Source: Camelus dromedarius (lineage: Eukaryota). Taken from it: DNA of 64,000 bases. Made by a program: the position numbers and the translations under genes. Of this stretch, positions 26,051-36,360 are shown one piece after another. Within the stretch, counting starts at the first letter, position 1. Every line of letters starts with the position of its first letter. The stretch lies in NCBI RefSeq assembly GCF_036321535.1, contig NC_087436.1:22074001-22138000 (forward strand), in the 5' to 3' direction. The notes under the pieces were generated by a model. The model did no database searches, was not told where the DNA came from, and worked only from the letters and a program-made list of their open reading frames with translations.

Positions 26051-27469
26051 TTCAGTTAGCAGCCTATACTGGTAGTGACAGTTGGTGGATGGCTTTTTTC
26101 ATGTGGTCATTCTGGGACCCACGTGCAGCTCTGCAGCCACCTACGAGCTGGACTCCTTGGAAGGAGATAAGGGAGTTGAGAGGGCATGCTACCCGCTTCT
26201 GAAAAGTCTAGTTCAGATGCAGCAGATATCCCTTCTACATATATTTTATTGCTGAAAACTAATGATATGGTTACCTGTCAATACAAGGTATCCTAGGAAA
26301 TATAATCCGGACCAGGCAGCTTCCTTCCAGAAAGTTCATGTTGTGAAAGAGGCTAAACCCGCTGTCGCAGTTAGGCTTCCATGTGTTTGAATATTAAGGC
26401 AATTCTGTATCTCATTCCCAGTGGAACAAATACATGTGATGATATCACATATTCTAATTTCAGATGCACAGAGGATTAGAGTAACATTTTTATTAAAAAA
26501 AAAAAAAAGAGGGATGTGCTTCAATGACATATTCATTATCAGAGACCTTCCCAGATGTGACAGTAGTCAGAGGAAAGGATCTGGACGTTCTCCTTGCACC
26601 AAACATGTTTTTCCACTATTGCCAACGCCTCCCCCTCCGCCTTCCAGCTGAGATCGCCCAGGGGAAGATTTCTCCTTCCTCACCTAGCAGTGAGTTCCAG
26701 GCTTCATCCTGGTGTGCAGAGTCATGGCAGCTTGGCCTCCCTTCTCTGGATCTGGATTCCCAGCCGTATCCTAGCGTTTCTCACTTATGCGAAGTACGGC
26801 AGTCACCCTCCTCCAGTGCTCAGGGCAGCGGGGCCCGGGCTCTTTGTAACAAGGATGACTATTTTAAGAAGTTCTTCTCCAGGGGTTGGAGTGCTGTGTT
26901 CAGCCACTGCCATGGTAGCTCAAGCAGCCTCTTGCTTGGGAACAATTCAAGTTCAGGGACGAGTCGATAAGGATTTGATGAAAGCGTGTCACTCACGATA
27001 CGCTACCTGGTTTTCCTTTGTTTTTTCTTTTTTTTCCAGAGTAACTTTAGTACATGGAAATTTGAGCCTATGAAGCTGATAAAGAAGGAAATGAATTTGT
27101 TTTCCAGGAACTTTAAGAGATATTGAAGATGGAATGTACATCTACATGACCTCTCCTAGTAATTGATCTTTCTTGCTTTATTTGATATCACAAAAATCTA
27201 AGCAAAAGGAAGTTATAAGAATTTTAAACTTGTAGTCAGGCAGGCGTTCTTATGTTCCAGGAAGGCTTAGGGAGGGGGATGAAAAACAGGGAGAAGAACT
27301 GCTAATAAGACCAAAAAAGGGAAGACAGCTTCCTAAGAAAAGCCAGTAACTCTCAGGAGGCATGACATTGGAGGGTGAACTGGAATATTTCAGATGCTAC
27401 AGTGACCGTCTTTGCTTCATCCCTTTCTCATCTAAATCTGTCCAGGGTTTATTATTTTTTTCAGTGACA

Positions 27470-27630
27470 TAGTCTTCCCTCCGGTCCTGTCTCCCTGTCT
27501 CTCTGCCTCCTCCTGTGTGTCCTCTGTCACCTCTCCCCTCTTCCTTTCTTCTTTCTTTTCCTCCTTTCCCTCTTCATTTTCTCTCTTCTCCCTTCCCTTC
27601 CTTTCTTGCCTCTTCCCTCCTTCCCTCTTG
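27470..27630. repeat. CT-rich low-complexity polypyrimidine tract
   Basis: About 150 nt, almost exclusively C/T. Confidence 0.85.
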
Positions 27631-27839
27631 GTGGCAGGTACTGCTCTATGTGCTGGAAAGATGTACTACCACCGCCTATGGGTCTGTTTTAATTCCATGT
27701 TCAAGATAAGAGACGCAAAGAGGTTAAATGATTCTTCCAACGTGACTCTGGTCAGAACTGGTGTGATTCATGGGGTTCTGATCATGTCACTTCTCTATCC
27801 AAACACCTTCCTTGATTTCCTGTTGGCCACAAATTTTCC

Positions 27840-28290
27840 TGCAGCTGCAATGCTATAACATGATAGATAGACCTCTGTCTAGGCAAATGGCCCCATCTCT
27901 CTCCCCAAATATATTCAACTCTTGTCCCTTCCCTGGAGGCCCCCATGCTATAGCAGCATCAGAATACTCACTCTTTTCCAAACACAAATGGGCTTTTTCA
28001 TCTCCATGATGCATACCTGTTATATAACACCCTGCTTGCTTTGTCATGTCTTCCCCTGCCTGAAACTCCTATTCATTCTTCAAAACCCAGACCACCTCTG
28101 TGTGAAGCCTTTCCTGACACTCCCAGGCTCAGTGAGTTACTCTTCACTCTGAATGCCCACAGGAAAATGCTCACTACAGAACTTATTACATTGTCCTGGA
28201 CTATTCAGACATTTGTCCTGTCCACTAGACCCTGAATTCCCAAAGGGAGGGGATGAGCCCTTATTCACTGGCAAGCCCAGTGTTTGCCAC
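27840..28290 (+). mobile_element. L2 fragment
   Basis: ctctgtgtgaagcctttcctgacactcccagg...ccactagaccctgaattccc. Confidence 0.6.
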
Positions 28291-28865
28291 GTGGTTTGTG
28301 TTCACTGTCAGGAGGGATATATATTATGTGAGAAAAACATCATTGATATGTAATCTATATGTTATAACATCAGTAATGTTAAACTTAAATATACAAGTTT
28401 TAGAACTGGACACATATACTGATTTAAACAAATATATCCTATAAAAGTCTGACTTTATAAAACTTAAAATTGGTTTACAATTTTATCTTTCAGTTCTTCT
28501 AAATCAAGCACTCTGCTAGTGATTTAGACATGCCTTGATTTAGGAAAATATACATATATATACAAACTCACACTTTATGCAGTTCTGTATACATTTACCC
28601 TCACCAGTTTCTGACTTCTTTAGCTTTATTTCTAAATTTAAGCATATCCACTGGATAAAGTTATTTGGAAGTCAAATATTTTCTTAAAATGTTGCATAAA
28701 TACACACATATATGCATGTGTGTATAGGTTGCAAGTATGTAAATATATATTCACCATACATATAGTTAATTCTAATATACCTGTATTGTTAGTGTGTATG
28801 TACACACACTATGTATATAATCTCTATCTGTATACACACACATACTGTGTATGTACAGTCTGTCT

Positions 28866-28900
28866 ACACACACACACACACACACATACACACACACACA
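28866..28900. repeat. (CA)n microsatellite within a TA/CA-rich tract (28700-28945)
   Basis: Directly visible. Confidence 0.95.
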
Positions 28901-29721
28901 TGCTCTATATGGTCCGTTACAGCCCACTATGTATTAATATATATAGCTTCCTTGTTTTCTTATCTCTTGGGACTAGTTAATGATTTCCAGGTAATAAGAC
29001 CGAATGGTACATCTGAACGTTCTGAACCAAAGAACATTAATGCAGCTTCAAACTAGAAATGCTCTTAGCCAGTGAGTGCTCTGTCATGAAATCCTGAGTA
29101 GAGTGCATTCTGAAAATTGTGTTGTTTACTCTGTTGGGATCTCTTGTGTCATTTATTTTGTGCTCTGGCGAGCAATTTTGAGCCATAATGACTGACAAAT
29201 TGTGCAGGCGATGGTGCTGGATCTGCAATAAGGAAACAAAGAAAGAGGTATGATTGTCATTGCTGCACCTCCAAAGGGATTTTGTTTAAATGACCCCCTA
29301 AAATGTTGATCCATTATACATTCCTGAGTTCCTCTCTCCCACCCCTCCCCCCAGCCCTCTGCTCTCCAGTTAAACAGAATGTGCGTATATATTGCTCTGT
29401 ATTTATTTGGTTTATTTATCTTATCTTACTTCAAATTAAGATATACTGGATCTAGGTTTTTATGTTTTCTTCTTCCTTTTACTAGCATTTTCTTAAGTAA
29501 GAAAGATAGTCGTGATTTCTTTTTATGTGAAACATTTTTTTCTTAAATAGAGAACCGTGGACTCAGTAGCTATACGTTAGAATCAATACCTGGGGACAGG
29601 AAAGAGCACTGGTAGTTTGAAAGGTCTCCAGGTAATTCTAATGTACAGCCAGTACTGGGATCAGCACTCAGGGGAAGCAATACATCTCCTTGTTATCTAA
29701 GGAGTTGATATTTCACCTGGA

Positions 29722-30590
29722 ATGCAAATCAAAACTACAGTATCACCTCACACCAGTCAGAATGGCCATCATTCAAAAGTCCACAAACGATAAATGCTGG
29801 AGAGAATGTGGAGAAAAGGTGACCCTCCTACACTGCTGGTGGGCATGTAGTTTGGTGCAGCCATTATGGAAAACAGTATAGAGTCCTCAAAAAACTAAAA
29901 ATAGACTTAGCTTATGATCCAACAATCCCACTCCTGGGTATATATCCAGAGGGAATTCTAATTCAAAAAGATATGTGCACCCCAGTGTTCACAGAAGCAC
30001 TGTATACAATAGCTAAGACATGGAAACAATGTAAATGTCCATCAACAGATGACTGAATAAAAAAGCTGTGGTATATTTATACAACAGAATACTACTCAGC
30101 CATAAAAAAGAATAAAATAATGCCATTTGCTGCAACATGGATGGACCTGGAGTTCGTCATTCTAAGTGAATTAAGCCAGAAAGAGAAAGAAAAATATCAT
30201 ATGATATCACTCATATGTGGAATCTGAAAAAAAAAGAAAAGAAAAGAAAAAAGAGGACACTAATGAATTCATCTACAAAACAGAAACAGACTCGCAGACA
30301 TAGTAAACAATTTTATGGTTACCAGGGGAAAGGGGGTGGGAAGGGATAAATTTAGGAGTTTGAGATTTGCAAATATTAACCACTATATATAAAAACAGAT
30401 ATAAAGCCAAATTTCTTCTGTATAGCACAGGGAGCTATACTCAATATCTTGTAATAACTTTTAATGAAAAAGAATATGAAAATACATATATGTATATATA
30501 TATGCATGACTGGGACACTATGCTGTATACCAGAAATTGACACATTGTCACTGACTATACTTCAATTAAAAAAAATTTAAAAATAAATAT
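29722..30590 (+). mobile_element. 5'-truncated L1 (ORF2 C-terminus + 3'UTR + A tail), relatively young
   Basis: Translates [46 protein letters not shown] (L1 ORF2p Cys-rich C-terminus). The 3'UTR ends gactatacttcaattaaaaaaaa. Confidence 0.95.
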
Positions 30591-31141
30591 ATGAAAAGCT
30601 CCCCCAGATGACTAATTATTTTACACTATTTTCCTCTCCCCCAATTGAGAATTAGTTTTCAAATGAATCTAGATAATAGTGTCTGACAGTTTGGCTCAGA
30701 ATTCCTCAAGCGGGAGGGATATTCTCCAAGGACTGTGGGTTTTGGTGCCCATGTGGAGAATAAATATTTACAAGCATGCATGGAATGACTTGGTCTACGC
30801 CAACTCTGTCCTTTCCCCTGAACGTGGAATGAGGGTTGCTCTTCAAGGAGATTAAAAGTGATTCATCTAAAGCCAAGATATCTCTGTGTTTGACGGAGGG
30901 TGATGAGGTGAGGATCCAGGCCGCTCTGCCTTCTTGGGAGCATCAGGGAGTTCAGGAAATGTAAAAGGGCGGCTTCGCTGCTGCACACAGAGGATGTTGT
31001 GCATAGGCACCTTCAGTAATGATTAACTTCAGAAGCTGAATTGATGCCAGATGAAGGAAAATGAAACCCAGCATCTGTGTGAAGCTTCTGCATGGGTTTA
31101 TACTCTAAAGTCCTACAGAAAATGTTTGTTTTTCTCCCTAG

Positions 31142-31192
31142 GTTCGCACCAGTGTCCTATCTGAACATAAGGATCCTCCGCCAGAGGTTGGG
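31142..31192 (+). CDS. INPP4B: INPP4B internal coding exon (51 nt, phase 0/0), C2-domain region
   Basis: Acceptor tttgtttttctccctag ends at 31141 and donor GGG|GTAAGT starts at 31193. Translates VRTSVLSEHKDPPPEVG, matching recalled human INPP4B VRTSVLPEHKDPPPEVG at 16/17 residues. Confidence 0.96.
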
Positions 31193-32484
31193 GTAAGTGT
31201 TTCTTATGTTTCCGAAAGGCACACACGTTGCTTCTAAATTAATCATTTGGATTGTCTCTGGCCTCCTGCCTGGTGGCTGACAAATAAAAATTGAGCTAAA
31301 TTAACAGGGTGTGAGACTCTGTAAGGAGGCACTGTCACATGTTTGCTGAATTGCATGGAAGTCATTCTCTGTCTCCTGAAAATTATTCTCAAGTGGATTC
31401 GTATTTGGTTCTGCTGGCTAGAGATGAGTCTAGAAATTGCCCTGCAGGTAACTGAGATGCGATTTCGCAGCCAACATTCTTGAACCAACAAGAGGCTGGG
31501 AAATTGCAGCTGTGAGCTCTACCGCTTCAGCAAGGAGGCAGAGAACCAACTGGCCATGGGACTGTGACGTTTTCTGCTTCCTGTAGTGCAGGTCAAAACA
31601 GAAGCTGCCACCCAAGCGCAGCCCAATGCTGGAAAGTCCTGCCGAGGTCTTCCCGCTGCCTCCCAACCATCCCATCTCCAGCTTCCAGAAGTTGGGGGAG
31701 CAGAGGGTAATAGGTGATTTTGCTTAGACAAGGCTAGACTAGGCAGTGAAGGCTCCTGAAAAGGTAACCCAGAAGGCTGAGTCCCTGGGATCTTGCATTC
31801 AGAAAGGAGGGAAAAGTTCGGAAATAAGTTGGGTCTCAGAGACCCTGTGGCTATGCCAACTGAAAAGCCGATTTGAAATTCCCTGAAATCCTCCGGGCAA
31901 TTGGCAGCCTTCTTCCAGTGGGTGTGGGGAGCCCTGTACTAGATAGCGTTCATTTCCTCGTTGGCACCAGATGCCATCCCAAGGGCTGAGAAGAACATCA
32001 GCCACCTCTGCATCTGACAGCGAAGGGGGAGAAGGGCACTTTGTGCTCTCATGCTGAACACGGGCTTCTCGTGCCTTCCGGGGCAGGTTGCTTAACTCTC
32101 TCTGACTCAAGTGAACCTTCCTGCCCTGTTCTCAGCCTCTTGTGCTGCTCTCACTTCCAACACCAATCTCTGTGCCAAGACTGTGTGGGCTTTGGTTTCT
32201 CCCAGGGGACCAGCGAGTCCTTTCAGCCTCAGGTCTCCATCCCCGCAGGCCACGTGCCCCTCCCGCTGCCCGGCCGCTGCTCCTCGCCAGCGGTCTTTCC
32301 CTGCTTAGGGCTCAGGTCACAGACTTCTGCCTATGACCACCCAGAAGCCCTGCATCAAACTAGAATTCTATTGCAAGCTGTCAGCACACTTACATTTCCT
32401 TTATTAAATGTAAGGCCATTTGAAATTTTGTAACTCTTTTAAAATTTTTAAAAAATTCTTTAGTGCTTTAAAATTTTCAGGAGT

Positions 32485-32790
32485 TTCACACATATGATTT
32501 CATAAATCCCATAATAACCCCTTTTTTGCCCCTCCCCCGTCTTGCCCCTCCCCCCCATCATGTCCCTTCCCCTCGTCTTGCTCCTCCTAGCTTCCCTTTC
32601 CCCACTGGTAACCATTACTTTGTTCTCTATATCTGTGAGTCTGTTTCTTTTTTTGTTTTATTCACTAGTTCGTTGTATTTTTTTAGATTCCACATATAAT
32701 TAATATCATACGGTATTTGTCTTTCTCTGTCTGAGTTATTTCACTAAACATAATGCTCTCCAAGTCCATCCATGTTGCTGCAAATTGCAA
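32485..32790 (-). mobile_element. L1 3'UTR fragment
   Basis: cccactggtaaccattactttgttctctatatctgtgagtctg...tagattccacatat...gtccatccatgttgctgcaaat. Confidence 0.85.
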
Positions 32791-34185
32791 AAAAAAATTA
32801 AATTTGTAAATCTTAATAACTTAAAAATTTTTTTAAATTATTTATCTTTTGAAGTTCAAGAAAGATGAGCTGGTTTAATCTTTTGTCCTCTAACTGCTCA
32901 CTTCCACAACTCCTTTGTGTTAAAGCTCCCTTGCTTGAGGTTTTAATGACATCTTGGCCTAATCATGTAAGTTTCCCCCTGTTTTTTCCTCTCATTCAAG
33001 GTTTTGGAATATATCTTACTTATTTTAAAACTTGAGGGTTTTGTCTGCTTTTACATTGTTTTCTTTCCCCCTCGTCCACCATTTCCCAGGGCAGGCTGTA
33101 GACAGCTCTGAACCTCTAGCAGCTGTGGTGGAGGGGGAGCCTGGTCCACTCTCACACATGCCCTCTCCCCTCTTACCACTCAGTGGCTATGACAAGGAGA
33201 AAGGAAAGGGGAGGGGTTCCTTCTGTGCTTGGCCACAGTGAGGGTGCATTTCCCTTTATGCTGGTGTTGATGCTTTTCAGCCTGACGCTGACTATCTGAG
33301 TCCTCTTTGTGGCGGATGGTGAAATGCTGGCTCTCCTTTGAGCACAAATATAGGTATTTTGGGGAGGTCCTTTCCCAGCGTATATTTCCCGCCCGTGGGG
33401 ATTCTGGTTCTGGCTGAGCCATCTCTCTGCCAGCCCTCTTAGTAAGTCCCAGCAGCATCGAGTAATCGATGATTCTCAAAGGAGACACAATCACCAGTTC
33501 CCAACACAGTAGAAGTGAAGATGATTTGGACACCTTCAAGTTTAATAAGTGAGTTTTTAGGCCCCAGGCTCCCTTGACCTGGGGTTTGGGCTTGAGGATA
33601 GAGGTGTCTTGCTGAGGGTAAAGAACAGACAGATTTGCCTTATTTCCTAAATTGCATATTCCCTAAATTCAGACCTACCCTCTCTGGTAACACCACCTTT
33701 ATATTAACTGGCTGTGTCATGGTTACGAATAGTCCAGTTTCTCTAAACTGGCTTCTCTTTAGGCCCTGTGATGAGATCTCTGAACTTGTAATGTGGAACA
33801 TTTGGTATCTTGTGTCCTCATCTTTGACAAAGACTCAGCTGTAATTCTTGGACCAAAAGAAAATTCTCAGTGGACATTCTGTACCATGCCTATTACATCA
33901 GCTAGGAATGCGTGGAGAGGCAAGTAACCAGATAAAGGTTAGCTTAAGGTAACGGACTTACTTTTCTCGTGTTAGAAAAAAGCCATGGGGAAACTGTCCA
34001 AGGCTGCAAAATGGCTTAAAGCAACCAGGCTCCACCCATCGTCCTACTCTTCCTTTTTTAAACTATGGTCCGATCTGACCAGTATACCTCCAAGTATCAT
34101 ATTCCAGATTGAAGCCTCTGATCGACTCATTCTGTTCCTTCAATTCTGGAAAACAGTAACTTGCTGAGAAAACTCAATAGATATA

Positions 34186-34325
34186 CAGTTGTTCCTAAGG
34201 GATTGGTCTCAAGATCCCTGGTGGCTACCAAAACCCACCGATGCTCAAGTCCCTACAGTCGGTCCTTCATTTCCACGGGTCCCTTATCACTGGGTTCTGC
34301 ACCCCAGGATACAGAAGGCCGACTG
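34186..34325. mobile_element. Tigger/MER2-like short DNA element
   Basis: Starts TA|cagt, contains gggattggtctcaagatccc...accaaaacccaccgatgctcaagtccct, and ends ggatacagaaggccgactg. Confidence 0.72.
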
Positions 34326-36204
34326 TTCTGCCACTGACGTATCACTGAGAAGAGCAGAGTTCCTAGGTAGGAGGGAATCTGGGTACAACTCCCATTTAAA
34401 CAAAATCAAGATGCTATTAGTAATGAAGCTTTGGTGGAATGGGTATTAATGCCTCTGCACTCTTACTAGATGTTAAACTGCATGAGAGCAAAGGTCCTGT
34501 TTATTTGTTCGCTGTGATAGTCCTAGTTCTGTGCCTGGAAATTAACAAATATGATATACATTTTGAATGCATTAGGAAGCATACCATAATTTTGGTTTGC
34601 CAACCATCTTATATTTTTTAGAACCACCAGAATAATAAAAGAGAGGGTGTCTAAAAATAATTACAATAATATGGCAAAAATGAGCACATTTTATGACACA
34701 TTGGAATTCCACAAAATGGCAATTAGATTACTGAAACTGAATCTCAAGCATGGCATGAGTGAGCTTAAATAAGAATAAGTCAGCTTGCCTTGGCTTTCTA
34801 ATACCCTCAGAGTATGTGGTACTCTGGCTAGAGAAGAATTGCTACACTTGAGCAGCTATGAGTACCACTGGCTAATATACATCTCATCACTCCTCAGAAT
34901 ATCCTCTGGATGCTGAAAAAGTCCTTGAGAGTTTAAGTTCTTGGCCCAGAACATAGAGCTGGTAATGGCTCGGCCATTACAATGTGCTAAGGACTCTAGC
35001 CGCTGAGTCCTTCAATTTAAAAATTGAACTAAGTCCATTCTTATAAATGCTTCAAATGTGTTCTGTACATTTCTTTACAGTCTTAAGCAAGTTGTAATAA
35101 AGAGGAAACCTATACTTTGGATAAAGGCTTTGTGAGATGAACATAGGTGATGTAGATTTAACCAGCTCCTGGCAACGAGTATGGGGGTGTTCTTCCTCTG
35201 GGCTCTCAAGTTGTATGGTTCAGCCAGGGAACTGGACCATCGAGGACTTGCTTCAGGGAGGTATGCAGCCCTGGTGAGCATTCTGAATATCTGTGACTTG
35301 CACCGAGTTCCTGCAAGGGCTGGCGGGATGAATGGTTTATTTGTACACTCCCCGCAGAAAAGGGCCAGGGATTGAGACGGATGCCCCTCTTTCTCCACCC
35401 TGCTTGATATCACCCTCCAGGCAGGTGAGTGAGTGAAATCGTACATCTAGCAATTTAATGATATCTGCTGTGGGTGCTTGCACAAGAACGATAATGGGGA
35501 GTGTTGCACTGTCACGAGCCGGCAAGAAAGGTCAAAGCCACACGTCGTGCGGGCAGAGAGCCAGTCGGAAGGAAAGGGAATTACCACCTGTCCTGGAAAT
35601 GAGGCACAGCGTGATGGAGATGAAAGAATTCTCAACTGAAGAGCAAGAAACCTGATTTCTAACTTGGCCTCTGCATTATCAGCTAGTTCTGTGAGCAGGT
35701 GGAAGCCAGTTAACGCCTATGGGCCCTGTTTCTTCATTTACAGACTGGTGATGTCTTAAGTCTTAACGTTCTTTGATTTCATCCAGACATTTCTCAGGAT
35801 CTGATAAACATTCCACATGATCTAATAAAAATTTGAGCTGTAAGGAATCCTAGGTAACGTGTGCTCAACATTAATAACTTTAAAGGACGACATAACCTTT
35901 GTATCTTTGGTTTTTTTTTCCCACGTTTTATCTAGAATTTCTTTAGAAGATATATTTAAATCTAATTTAAATATAAATTAGATTTATATTTCCCTGGATT
36001 GAATTTGTAGTTTTAAATATGTATTTCCTTTTCTTTAATAATAGGAATTTCTCACAGACTTTTAATTTTTATTACCCTGCCTTTTCCAAAAAGTATTTTA
36101 AAGTAGATTTATAATATGTTTAAGTCATCTGACCTCTGGGCATATTTTCCTTAATCACTCTGCAAGCTAGCATTTATGCAATACTTTATTTATGCAATAG
36201 TTTC

Positions 36205-36360
36205 TATTTTCCCAGCAATGTAGTAAGTGCTTTTCCTGGGTTACTTTAATTCTCGTAACAATAACTGTGAGACAGATAGAGTTGCCGTGTGCAGCTTTTT
36301 CATACAGAAACTGAGGCCCAGGAGGGTGGAGTACCTTGTCTGGGACCCAGATTTGTGAGA
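36205..36360 (-). mobile_element. MIR SINE
   Basis: tttaattctcgtaacaataactgtgag...cagaaactgaggcccaggaggg...ccttgtctgggacccag. Confidence 0.7.

Noticed and set aside
26524..27073. Overlapping 148-aa and 159-aa ORFs
   Set aside because: They have no recognisable homology, low-information Ser-rich composition and no gene structure. Only the small internal splice-site pair was kept as a weak candidate.
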